DNA from: an uncultured Gammaproteobacteria bacterium
GTDB lineage: Bacteria; Patescibacteriota; Microgenomatia; Levybacterales; UBA12049
Length of the DNA: 64,000 nt
Reading direction: 5' to 3'
NCBI GenBank assembly: GCA_964503265.1
Contig: CAZCYO010000003.1
Span: 219,575-283,574 of the forward strand
Within the stretch, counting starts at the first letter, position 1. Each line of letters begins with the position of its first letter. The notes below the pieces were generated by a model, which saw only the letters and a program-made list of their open reading frames with translations, made no database searches and was not told the origin of the DNA. Positions 17,930-26,220 of the stretch are shown one piece after another. Position numbers and translations under genes: made by a program.

Positions 17930-18574
17930 ATGGTTCGTGCAGGTCAACGATTACAACAACGACGACTTAAAAAAGGCTTAACACTTGCTGAGGTATCAAA
18001 ACATACAAAAATTAAAGAGTCCTTTTTAATCGCAATTGAAAAAGGTGAATATACTAAGCTTCCTTCACCTTCTTATGCTCACGGATTTGTCAAAAACTAT
18101 GCTGAGTATTTAGGTTTTTCTGCTCACGAAATATTACCTATTTTTAAACGAGAGTTTGATGAGCGAGTTGCTTATAGAGTGCTTCCAAAAGGTTTCACTA
18201 AGGAAGCACAATATCCCTTTATGGGATTTCGTTTTAGGAAAACAGTTATCGGACTTTTTTTTATTGTTCTTTGTTTTTCAGGATTTCTCTTCTTTCAATA
18301 CCGAGGAGCATTTTTTGCTCCATCACTCACTATTACTGCACCAAAAGACGGAATAATTAGCTCACAAGATGTAACGATTACTGGAAAAACTGATGCAGCT
18401 GCATCATTGTATGTTAATACGTCCTTAGTAGCGCTAAACGATGACGGCACATTTTCAAAAACAGTAACACTTTTTACGGGCAAAAATACAATTACTATTA
18501 CATCAATCAATAAATTTGGCAAAGAACATACAATCAAACGAACGATCGAGGTTAAATCTACCCCAACCTACTGA
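17930..18574 (+). CDS. rodZ: RodZ-like cytoskeleton protein (XRE-type HTH, TM helix, extracellular domain)
   Basis: HTH (GLTLAEVSKHTKIKESFLIAIEKGEYTKLPSPSYAHGFVKNYAEYLG), then TM IGLFFIVLCFSGFLFF. Confidence 0.7.
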   Translation: MVRAGQRLQQRRLKKGLTLAEVSKHTKIKESFLIAIEKGEYTKLPSPSYAHGFVKNYAEYLGFSAHEILPIFKREFDERVAYRVLPKGFTKEAQYPFMGFRFRKTVIGLFFIVLCFSGFLFFQYRGAFFAPSLTITAPKDGIISSQDVTITGKTDAAASLYVNTSLVALNDDGTFSKTVTLFTGKNTITITSINKFGKEHTIKRTIEVKSTPTY

Positions 18575-18617
18575 TGATACCTTGACACTTATACCCATGC
18601 TTTTGTAAGCTAGATGT

Positions 18618-18905
18618 ATGCTCGATACTGTCCAATTGGTGCTACTTTTTGTCATTATCATTGTTTCACTCCTACTTGTTGTCCTCGGAGTTCAAGTATT
18701 TTTTATTCTCAAAGAAGTTCGTAAAACAATTACTAAAGCAAACGATGTTCTTCAAGATGCTCATCGCATTACTGAAAGTGTCTCAGTTCCAATCTCTTCC
18801 CTCTCTTCCTTAGCATCAGGACTTAAAGCAGGGTCAATCATTGCTGCAATAAAAGTCGTTAAAAGCATTCTTTCCCACGATAAAGAAGATTCCAAAGATA
18901 AATAA
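18618..18905 (+). CDS. Small membrane protein (DUF948/YtxG-like)
   Basis: 95 aa, N-terminal TM LVLLFVIIIVSLLLVVLGV followed by a helical region. Confidence 0.55.
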   Translation: MLDTVQLVLLFVIIIVSLLLVVLGVQVFFILKEVRKTITKANDVLQDAHRITESVSVPISSLSSLASGLKAGSIIAAIKVVKSILSHDKEDSKDK

Positions 18906-18906
18906 T

Positions 18907-19536
18907 ATGGACCAGAAACATTCGCAACCAATCCAAACCGGCAATGGTTTTCTTTTTGGCCTCATCGTTGGGGTATTAATCACGTTATTTCTTGTTACAA
19001 AAAAAGGTCGAAAAATCTTAAAAAGGCTTGGTGATGAAGGATTAGATATTTTTGAGGAACTTGAAAGCCTGCTTGCTCAAGCTGAAGGGACTGTATCATC
19101 TGAAATAGTAAAGAAAAAAGAAGATCTTGCAAAAAAAGTCGAAGATATAAAAGAGCTTGTCTCAAGTACCGTAGAACAAGTGGTGCCTGAAGTAACTGAA
19201 AAGGTAGCAGATATTAAAGAAATGACTGCAGAAATTGGCCAAGCAGTTCCGGTAGATGAAATTAAAGAAAAAATAGAAGAAGTTCGTGATGCTGCGAAAA
19301 ATGCTGTTACGAATGTTCCTGAGAAGGTTCAGGAAGCGGTAAAGGAACTACATAGTGAAGCAGCACTTCAAAAAGCTGAGGAAGTAGTACAAGATTCAGT
19401 TAAACAAATTGTTAAACAAGTCGAAGTTGCTCAGACGGAACTACAAAATGTAAAAGAAGAATTACAGCAAGCGTTAACTTCTGAAAAGCCCAAATCAGCT
19501 TCACGTCGTTTCTTCAAAGGTATTCGACGAAAATAA
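18907..19536 (+). CDS. YtxH-like coiled-coil membrane protein
   Basis: N-terminal TM GFLFGLIVGVLITLFLV, then a K/E-rich coiled coil; adjacent to the upstream gene (stop TAA 18903-18905, start ATG 18907). Confidence 0.6.
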   Translation: MDQKHSQPIQTGNGFLFGLIVGVLITLFLVTKKGRKILKRLGDEGLDIFEELESLLAQAEGTVSSEIVKKKEDLAKKVEDIKELVSSTVEQVVPEVTEKVADIKEMTAEIGQAVPVDEIKEKIEEVRDAAKNAVTNVPEKVQEAVKELHSEAALQKAEEVVQDSVKQIVKQVEVAQTELQNVKEELQQALTSEKPKSASRRFFKGIRRK

Positions 19537-19848
19537 TCCCATAGTCTTGAAGATTTTCTTTATTTCTGTTATCATTCCGCTTATATCATGCTGTATTCGA
19601 TAAATGTTATTAAATATAGTATGATTTTGCACGTTTACAAGGAGATAATCTTCACTGCGCTTTAAGGAGATTACATCTCAGGGAATACATGATCTGTTCT
19701 TTGAGATGTAATCTTCACTTTTCTGCTATGTAGCAGAAGGGCAAAAGTGGGGATTAAAGAGAAGTAAGGAGGATTCGTTTCCGATTGCGTACCACTCACG
19801 GGAGATTGCCCTCTCATGTTGATTGTTATCCAAAATGGAGGAACTACA

Positions 19849-20394
19849 ATGAGTGAGCTCAACCCCAATTCCGGTACCGTCAATAATGAACACGCTGACT
19901 TGCCCCATCCCGACTGGCTCGGACTCGACGGTCTGTTTACCAAAGAGCAGATCGCTCAACTCGATGCGGATGAGTTTCCCATTCACCCTGGTGGCAGTTT
20001 GATCATGATCGAGATCGTCATGCAGGGCGAAGTGAGTCCGGAAGGGGCTACCTTCCGCGTCCTCAGCGATTGCGGCCGCTTCGAGGTCACGATGTTCGAT
20101 GTCGGTGTCAGCTTCGATGAAGCGTGTGTTCGTGCGGCGGAACTGGGCGGCTTGGTGCTTTCGAGTACCTGTAACTGCCTGGTGCATGCTTCCCTGGGTC
20201 TGTTCCCGCTTGCGGTGATCCGTGCTGGATCAGAAGCAGACACGCTTGGGGTGGCTCGCACCTGCGGTATATTCGAAGTGGATAACTTCGTGGAGGAAGT
20301 CAGTTTCGACGAGGCGCAGGACCTGGCTGAGGCTCAGGCAGGACTACTAGTGCTTTCGGGTACTACTCCTGTCGCGATCATCCGTCTGGCCTAG
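19849..20394 (+). CDS. Acidic hypothetical protein with internal tandem duplication, encoded in a high-GC cassette
   Basis: GGAGG sits 8 nt upstream of ATG 19849 (the track ORF starts at 19816). The CDS is ~60-65% GC against a ~37% background. Repeats FEVTMFDVGVSFDEACVRAAELGGLVLS and FEVDNFVEEVSFDEAQDLAEAQAGLLVLS. Confidence 0.55.
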   Translation: MSELNPNSGTVNNEHADLPHPDWLGLDGLFTKEQIAQLDADEFPIHPGGSLIMIEIVMQGEVSPEGATFRVLSDCGRFEVTMFDVGVSFDEACVRAAELGGLVLSSTCNCLVHASLGLFPLAVIRAGSEADTLGVARTCGIFEVDNFVEEVSFDEAQDLAEAQAGLLVLSGTTPVAIIRLA

Positions 20395-20431
20395 CAACTC
20401 CCATTCTCGCTCTCCCAACTCGTGTATCTCA

Positions 20432-20475
20432 AAGGCCCTTCTCGACATTTTGTCGGGAAGGGCCTTCTTCGTTTC
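20432..20475 (+). terminator. GC-rich intrinsic terminator after the high-GC ORF
   Basis: Stem AGGCCCTTC ... GAAGGGCCT (9 bp) followed by TCTTCGTTTC. Confidence 0.6.
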
Positions 20476-20517
20476 AAGGCTTAAAATGAAAAGATGCATC
20501 AGGGAAAGTATAGAAGT

Positions 20518-21471
20518 TTATAATCCGTATTTTTTTATATTTGCGTTATGTTCAGTTAGCGTTTTTGCATAGTGATTATCTCCGTTTTTATCAGTGATGT
20601 AAAAAAAGTAAGGTGTATTTGCAGGGTTAGCTGCTGCTTCTAATGCTTTGATTCCTGGACTCGCAATTGGTGTTGGTGGGAGGCCAGGATTAACATATGT
20701 ATTATATGGAGAATTTAATTTCAGATTGTCAAATGATAATTCTTTTTTCCACCATGATTTTCCATAATAGTCATATCCCAAAGCATACTGCACTGTCGCA
20801 TCAATTTGTAGTGGCATGCCTATATCAAGGCGGTTATGCATAACGCTTGATACTAGTGGTCTATCCTCATCTTTTCGAGCTTCTCGTTCGATAAGTGATG
20901 CGAGAGTAACTACTTTTATTTTAGAAAAATTAGTGTTGTTAGTGACTGTGTTATATTTCTGGTCAAATGTCTCTGTAAGTAAGGATATAATCTGGTCAAT
21001 TGTAGCGTCTTTTGGAATCAGATATGTATCTGGGAAAAGATATCCTTCATGTTCTTTTAGTTGTGTCTGCCAGGTTGATTCGTAGTTTGGTAGAGTTTCT
21101 TTAAGAATTTGAGCTACTTCTTCTGCTCTTTTTCCTTCAGGAATGGTAACCCATATATCAAGTGCTCCTTTCGTGAGGTTCTCTGCAATTTCTGCTGTAG
21201 TTTGAGAGGGAGAAATCTGAAAGTCTCCAGCTTGAATTTTATTCTCAATTCCGAGACGCTTCACAGTGATATAAAATATCAGGGAATTTCTAATCAGATG
21301 ATTTTTTTCAAGTTTTGCTCCAATTGCTTTAACACCCATTCCTTTTTCGACACTAAATTGTTGCTTTGTACTATTTGTTTTATCAACTGGTGAGGATGCT
21401 GAGGAATACCAAAACCCTATTGCTAATAAAAACAGAACACCTAGAATGATAAGAATTCGAAATGGTTTCAT
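20518..21471 (-). CDS. mltG: Endolytic murein transglycosylase MltG (YceG family)
   Basis: N-terminal TM, LASLIEREARKDEDRPLVSSVMHNRLDIGMPLQIDATVQYAL, PYNTYVNPGLPPTPIASPG. Confidence 0.88.
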   Translation of the reverse strand: MKPFRILIILGVLFLLAIGFWYSSASSPVDKTNSTKQQFSVEKGMGVKAIGAKLEKNHLIRNSLIFYITVKRLGIENKIQAGDFQISPSQTTAEIAENLTKGALDIWVTIPEGKRAEEVAQILKETLPNYESTWQTQLKEHEGYLFPDTYLIPKDATIDQIISLLTETFDQKYNTVTNNTNFSKIKVVTLASLIEREARKDEDRPLVSSVMHNRLDIGMPLQIDATVQYALGYDYYGKSWWKKELSFDNLKLNSPYNTYVNPGLPPTPIASPGIKALEAAANPANTPYFFYITDKNGDNHYAKTLTEHNANIKKYGL

Positions 21472-21473
21472 AC

Positions 21474-22748
21474 TCAGGAAAAAATACTAATCGGAAAATG
21501 TGGTAGTGAATCTTTTGCTTCTGAAAGGAGATGTGAATTTTCGCTATATATGGTAAAAAGAGTTTCACCTTTTTTAATACTTTCTCCAATTTTTTTATGG
21601 AGGTAAATACCAGCTTTTTTTTGTTCTGGGGCGCCAAGTATTTTAGCGATTACTGTGGCATTTTTACTATTAATTTCTGAGATCTTACCGCTATGAGGAG
21701 ATGGATAGTCATAGGAGTGTTTTCCAGGCTTAAGATCAGTACTTTTTATGTCAGGGTTTCCTCCTTGCGCCTCGATAATTTCTCTCATTTTAGTTAACGC
21801 TTTTCCTGATGATAGGATATGTTTTGCCCAAGCTCTGGGTGTACCGTAATTCATGCTAATTTCCTCACGTAACTTCTCAGAACTGTCTTCGAGACAAAGT
21901 TCGAGTAATTCACCAGCTAGATTAAGTGCACGTGTCTCAAGATCTTCTGGGCGGTCAGGAAGTTGCTCTAGTACTCGAATAGCTTCACGACATTCAAGAA
22001 GTGGGCCAAGTCCTTTTCCAGCAGGTTCTTCTACTTTATGAACGAGAACTCTCATTTTTACATTAAATTTCTCGGCAAGATGTAAAAATTTATTTTTTAA
22101 TACTTCTGCATCTGCTAGTCGATGGACTTTTACATTTGTTCCATAAGGAAGGTCGATAATTATGTGATTTGAGCCGAAGGCAATCTTTTTCGCCATAATT
22201 GAAACTAAAATCTTATCAAAACTTTCAAATAATAGTGGTGCTTCAACTTTAATTAAAATATCGTCTGCTGGTGCGATATTAAAACTCCCCCCCCATACTA
22301 TACACGCATTTGTTTTCTCTACAATTTTATAGATTTGCTCTTTTGTGAAGGATACGGGAGCGAGCACTTCCATATCATCACCAGTACCACCTGGAGTTGT
22401 AATCGCCCGGGATGAACTCTTTGGTATTTTAAATCCTGCTGCTGCAATGATCGGTACGATGATCATAGTAGTTCTTGTTCCGGGAACGCCACCGATCGAG
22501 TGTTTATCAGCGACAATTCCGTCAAAGGTGAGAGTTTCACCTGTTTCGATCATAGCTTTCGTCAGAAAATAGATTTCGTGATCAGTAAACCCTTTAGAAT
22601 ATCCAGAAGCAGCAAAATATGTTGTGAGTACATCACCTAATCGTTCGTGGGATATTTGATCCATGATGGCAAAAATCTCTTTGTAGTTGAGTTCTTTCCC
22701 AACTAATTTTTTGCGTATTGCATCTAAGGCTATTTCATTTTCGTCCAT
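21474..22748 (-). CDS. Thymidine/pyrimidine-nucleoside phosphorylase family protein (possibly AMP phosphorylase-like)
   Basis: HSIGGVPGTRTTMIIVPIIAAAGFKIPKSSSRAITTPGGTGDDMEVLA; 424 aa. Confidence 0.8.
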   Translation of the reverse strand: MDENEIALDAIRKKLVGKELNYKEIFAIMDQISHERLGDVLTTYFAASGYSKGFTDHEIYFLTKAMIETGETLTFDGIVADKHSIGGVPGTRTTMIIVPIIAAAGFKIPKSSSRAITTPGGTGDDMEVLAPVSFTKEQIYKIVEKTNACIVWGGSFNIAPADDILIKVEAPLLFESFDKILVSIMAKKIAFGSNHIIIDLPYGTNVKVHRLADAEVLKNKFLHLAEKFNVKMRVLVHKVEEPAGKGLGPLLECREAIRVLEQLPDRPEDLETRALNLAGELLELCLEDSSEKLREEISMNYGTPRAWAKHILSSGKALTKMREIIEAQGGNPDIKSTDLKPGKHSYDYPSPHSGKISEINSKNATVIAKILGAPEQKKAGIYLHKKIGESIKKGETLFTIYSENSHLLSEAKDSLPHFPISIFS

Positions 22749-22981
22749 TATTCTAACCCACCTCCTTTTAGTTGTTGTATTGCAATTTTAATTCCATTTT
22801 TAATAATACCAAACAGAAAATAAAAGAGGTTTGTCAATCCTCTGTTAATTGTTGGCCAGATTTCTTTTAAGACAATAACGAATCTATTTGATTCCTGCAT
22901 AGGATTTATTGTACTGGGTTTTATCTCTGTTTGTCGAGATAGGGGAGATTGGTTAATTGCTTCATTGTTCGATTGTTTCAT
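22748..22981 (-). CDS. Small membrane protein, hypothetical
   Basis: ATG (MKQSNNEAINQ) preceded by GGAGAGG that lies inside a 12-bp hairpin. C-terminal TM LFYFLFGIIKNGIKIAI. Stop overlaps the start of the phosphorylase gene. Confidence 0.5.
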   Translation of the reverse strand: MKQSNNEAINQSPLSRQTEIKPSTINPMQESNRFVIVLKEIWPTINRGLTNLFYFLFGIIKNGIKIAIQQLKGGGLE

Positions 22982-23058
22982 TGTTTCCTCTCCCTTTGGG
23001 AGAGGAAACAATGCAGCAATGAAACAATCGACAATCAAATAATGTAGCAATCGAACAA

Positions 23059-23793
23059 CTAAAGTTTTTCTAATTTAGCCTTTAATACAAGTCGTTTCCA
23101 AATTGTTCCAGGAGGAGTACATGTTATAACGGTTAAGTAACTATCCTCAAATGATTGACTTAGGACAGATGTATCTTCGGGATCAATAATAGATATTGAA
23201 AAAATCTTATATGTATATTCAATACCATCTGCGCTTACTTTAAAAATGTCTCCAACTTGAAGTGTATGAGCGTTTGCAAAAATTGTTTTATAGTCTTTAG
23301 GATTGTATAGCTGAGGAAGTGTTGAATGTCCAAAAATGACTGCATTTCCTTTATTGGGTGGAACTGACGTTCCTGGATAGTTAACTAAATGTGAAGCAAG
23401 ATCTGAATCTACAGTTGAAACAATTGCGTTTACAATCTTAAGTTTTGGAACACTGAAACGATACGTTGTCACTTGTGGACGACTATTTTCTGTCGGAGCA
23501 GGTGCACTTGGAAACCATGTTGCCGCGTTATAATAATTAACTCCTAAAAGCAGGGAGGTTGTTTGTCTTGCGAGGCTAGCGAATGTTGATTGATTAAGTA
23601 CTGTTGCTTTAGGAATTGGTGTCGTAATATTTTCAGCCGCAAAAACTGGAGCTAAATATAGTTGCCACGAAATAACTGGGAAGAAAAAATAACCAATTGT
23701 CACTATTCCTGACAGTGATAAAAAAAGTCCAAAAATGCGAACTATCCAACGAAGATTAATTCGTGGAGATTGTTTGAGGTACAGTTTACTCAT
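23059..23793 (-). CDS. Sortase (transpeptidase)
   Basis: N-terminal TM anchor, catalytic His (VIFGHS), Cys in LTVITCTPPGT (TLxTC) and Arg (KRLVLKA). Confidence 0.85.
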   Translation of the reverse strand: MSKLYLKQSPRINLRWIVRIFGLFLSLSGIVTIGYFFFPVISWQLYLAPVFAAENITTPIPKATVLNQSTFASLARQTTSLLLGVNYYNAATWFPSAPAPTENSRPQVTTYRFSVPKLKIVNAIVSTVDSDLASHLVNYPGTSVPPNKGNAVIFGHSTLPQLYNPKDYKTIFANAHTLQVGDIFKVSADGIEYTYKIFSISIIDPEDTSVLSQSFEDSYLTVITCTPPGTIWKRLVLKAKLEKL

Positions 23794-26212
23794 GTGATGT
23801 TGTTAGAATGTTAATGTGATCACTTCTTCGTGGAAGATATGATGATAAAAATGGAATGCCAGGCTTAACCTGTGTAGAAATTGATTCGACTTGCGGTAAC
23901 TTCATGAGAAGTTCAGTTGCTGCACTGACTGATTTACCGGTAATATCTTGTTGGATTTTTTGCGTATCTATTTTAGGCAGTAATCCAGTTTTAATGGTAA
24001 TAGTTGCTGTGTAGTTACTATCTTTTCCGGCAGTTAATTTATTTATACCTGTGTTAATTGTATTTCCCGGTGTGTTAGCATCACTACTCGCTTTTTTCTC
24101 AATAATCGTTTTTGCATAATCTTGCAATTCTGTTTTTGAGTATGCAATTCCACTAAAGCTTACCGTAACTGATGCAGTTACAGATTTTGCTTCATCCCCA
24201 ATATCGTTATCAAATTCTTTTTTATCAATCGTTGTTGTCAGATCAAGTGGTAGTAGCTCTTCTCCATCTGATAATTTTTTTCCTAATTCTTCTTTTGCTT
24301 TACTCTCTAAGTCTTTTGGAATTTGTAGAAGTAATTTATCACGGTCAGCTTTAGCAACAACTGTTACTTCTTTTTTTGTACCTCCTGAAAATGCTGTATC
24401 GTTTTTAGCAGCAATAGTTGTCGTGCCAGCTACACTGAATTTCGTATTTGATGGAAGATTTGAGTTGGTTCCAATAGCCTTTGCAGTGACTGTTGCTTGA
24501 GTTGTTCCAGGTTTTGTGCCAGAAAAAGCATCTCCTGAAGCACTAGCAATGGTCACATCTTTATCAAGTGTGAAATCTATATTATTACTAGAAGTGATAA
24601 CAGTTCCGGCATTTAATGTTTTTTTATTTTCATTATTATTATAAAGCGTAACTGTTCCTTTTGCTTTATCGCCAATTTCCTTTTTGCCTGATGCAGGAAC
24701 TGTTGCTTTATCATCAAGTGAAATACTGACTGTCGTTACTTTAATGGTATTTTCTGCAAAATCGCTGCTGCCGTCTACTGCAAAAGATACATCTTCAGTA
24801 GCATCAAATGATTTTGCTTTAATATCAAGGGTAACGTCTGCGGATGCTGTATACAAATAGGTAATAGGAAGTCCAATTATGACAAAAAGCAGAATTATAC
24901 CTAATACTATAAATTTTGCTTTTCCAGCAACAAATGAGCCGTTCATAGAGAACTTCTTTAAGAAATCACTTATCTTTGTTGGAATTACTAAAAGCATACT
25001 CATTACTCCAGAAAGTCCACTAGATCTGTTTGATCGATCACTACGAGATGATTGAATCTCTTCTGAATCTGTTTCACGTGGAGAAAGAGTTGAACTATAC
25101 GGTTCTGTATTCGTGAAGGTAGCCGGCTCAAGATTTGAAGTAGCGTGTGGTGATGGTGTTTGTGGTGAAAACGGAAAATCAGCAATATCTTTCCCTTGAA
25201 CAAATCCAAAGTTTTCAGTTGCCACAGTTGATGAAAGAATATCTTCATTTTCTTCTGCATGTTTTATATCATCTTCTATTTTCTCAGTTTTTTCTTCGTT
25301 TTTCTCAAGCTGTTCTTCAGATTCTTTTGTATGGTGTTTTTTATCATTGTGTCCTTCTTGAACTGTCTGTTCATCATTCTTTATACTAGCTTTTTCACTT
25401 GCTTCAACAAGGGTTGTAATTGAGCTTGAAAGTGGGAATGCCGATTCTGCAACTGAGAATTCCATCTGATTTGCGGCCCCCTGAACTGCAGCCCGAGCGT
25501 CAAAATTATTACTGAGTACGCTAATTTGCGGCATGTGGAGAAAGGGAAGTGTTTTACTCCATTGGTGAGTAATGAACTGTTGAGAAAGTGAATCGTCTTC
25601 ATCAGCATTTAGAAGAAGAATTCGGGAAGGTAGTACTTCAACACTTACAAAATGTTTCAGTAACGTATCAACAGTTTCTGTTAGTGAGTTCACGACAGGT
25701 GCGCTTTTCGTTTCGAGGAGTCGGCCGCCTCTAAAAAGACTAAGCATTACAGAATATTTTCCAATTTCTGCTACGATTGCAGAAACTGGTGCTCCTTCTT
25801 CTTGTTGGATGAGGTGTGCGATAGCTTCACTGATTACTAAAAACCCGATAGGCTTAAGTGATAATGCTTTTCCAACACTTTTTAGACGATCAAGAAATTC
25901 TTTCTTTATTTTTTTCTCTTCCACCCAGGAATCTTTCACCCCAAATACGGTCATTTCGGTTTGAATACTTGGTGGAAGTGTTTCTTCAGCTTTACTGATT
26001 GTTTTATCAAGAATATCGAGTAAGCTATCATCTGTAGTATCTTCAAGTGGAGTTGCAAAATGAGTCTCGTTCATTCCTGCTATCCGAACCGTTTTATTTT
26101 CTTCTTCGAGGATTACAGCAGTCGCCTTCTCATCTCTTAGCAATAATATGAGGTAGTAATTTTTATCTTGCTGTTTTTTTCCAAATGATGGAAATGAAAT
26201 AGGCAGTTTCAT
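23786..26212 (-). CDS. Large bitopic membrane protein: N-terminal cytoplasmic domain (~430 aa, possibly actin/FtsA-fold-like), one TM, T/S/K-rich extracellular domain
   Basis: 808 aa with TM FIVLGIILLFVIIGLPITYLY. The 3' end overlaps the sortase start by 8 nt; starts 8 nt after alaS. Confidence 0.7.
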   Translation of the reverse strand: MKLPISFPSFGKKQQDKNYYLILLLRDEKATAVILEEENKTVRIAGMNETHFATPLEDTTDDSLLDILDKTISKAEETLPPSIQTEMTVFGVKDSWVEEKKIKKEFLDRLKSVGKALSLKPIGFLVISEAIAHLIQQEEGAPVSAIVAEIGKYSVMLSLFRGGRLLETKSAPVVNSLTETVDTLLKHFVSVEVLPSRILLLNADEDDSLSQQFITHQWSKTLPFLHMPQISVLSNNFDARAAVQGAANQMEFSVAESAFPLSSSITTLVEASEKASIKNDEQTVQEGHNDKKHHTKESEEQLEKNEEKTEKIEDDIKHAEENEDILSSTVATENFGFVQGKDIADFPFSPQTPSPHATSNLEPATFTNTEPYSSTLSPRETDSEEIQSSRSDRSNRSSGLSGVMSMLLVIPTKISDFLKKFSMNGSFVAGKAKFIVLGIILLFVIIGLPITYLYTASADVTLDIKAKSFDATEDVSFAVDGSSDFAENTIKVTTVSISLDDKATVPASGKKEIGDKAKGTVTLYNNNENKKTLNAGTVITSSNNIDFTLDKDVTIASASGDAFSGTKPGTTQATVTAKAIGTNSNLPSNTKFSVAGTTTIAAKNDTAFSGGTKKEVTVVAKADRDKLLLQIPKDLESKAKEELGKKLSDGEELLPLDLTTTIDKKEFDNDIGDEAKSVTASVTVSFSGIAYSKTELQDYAKTIIEKKASSDANTPGNTINTGINKLTAGKDSNYTATITIKTGLLPKIDTQKIQQDITGKSVSAATELLMKLPQVESISTQVKPGIPFLSSYLPRRSDHINILTTSHE

Positions 26213-26220
26213 AGTGATTT

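Noticed and set aside
19726-20261. Minus-strand ORFs 19726..20187 and 19983..20261 inside high-GC cassette 1
   Set aside because: Long antisense ORFs are expected by chance in GC-rich DNA. The plus ORF has the SD, is the longest, and is followed by the terminator.
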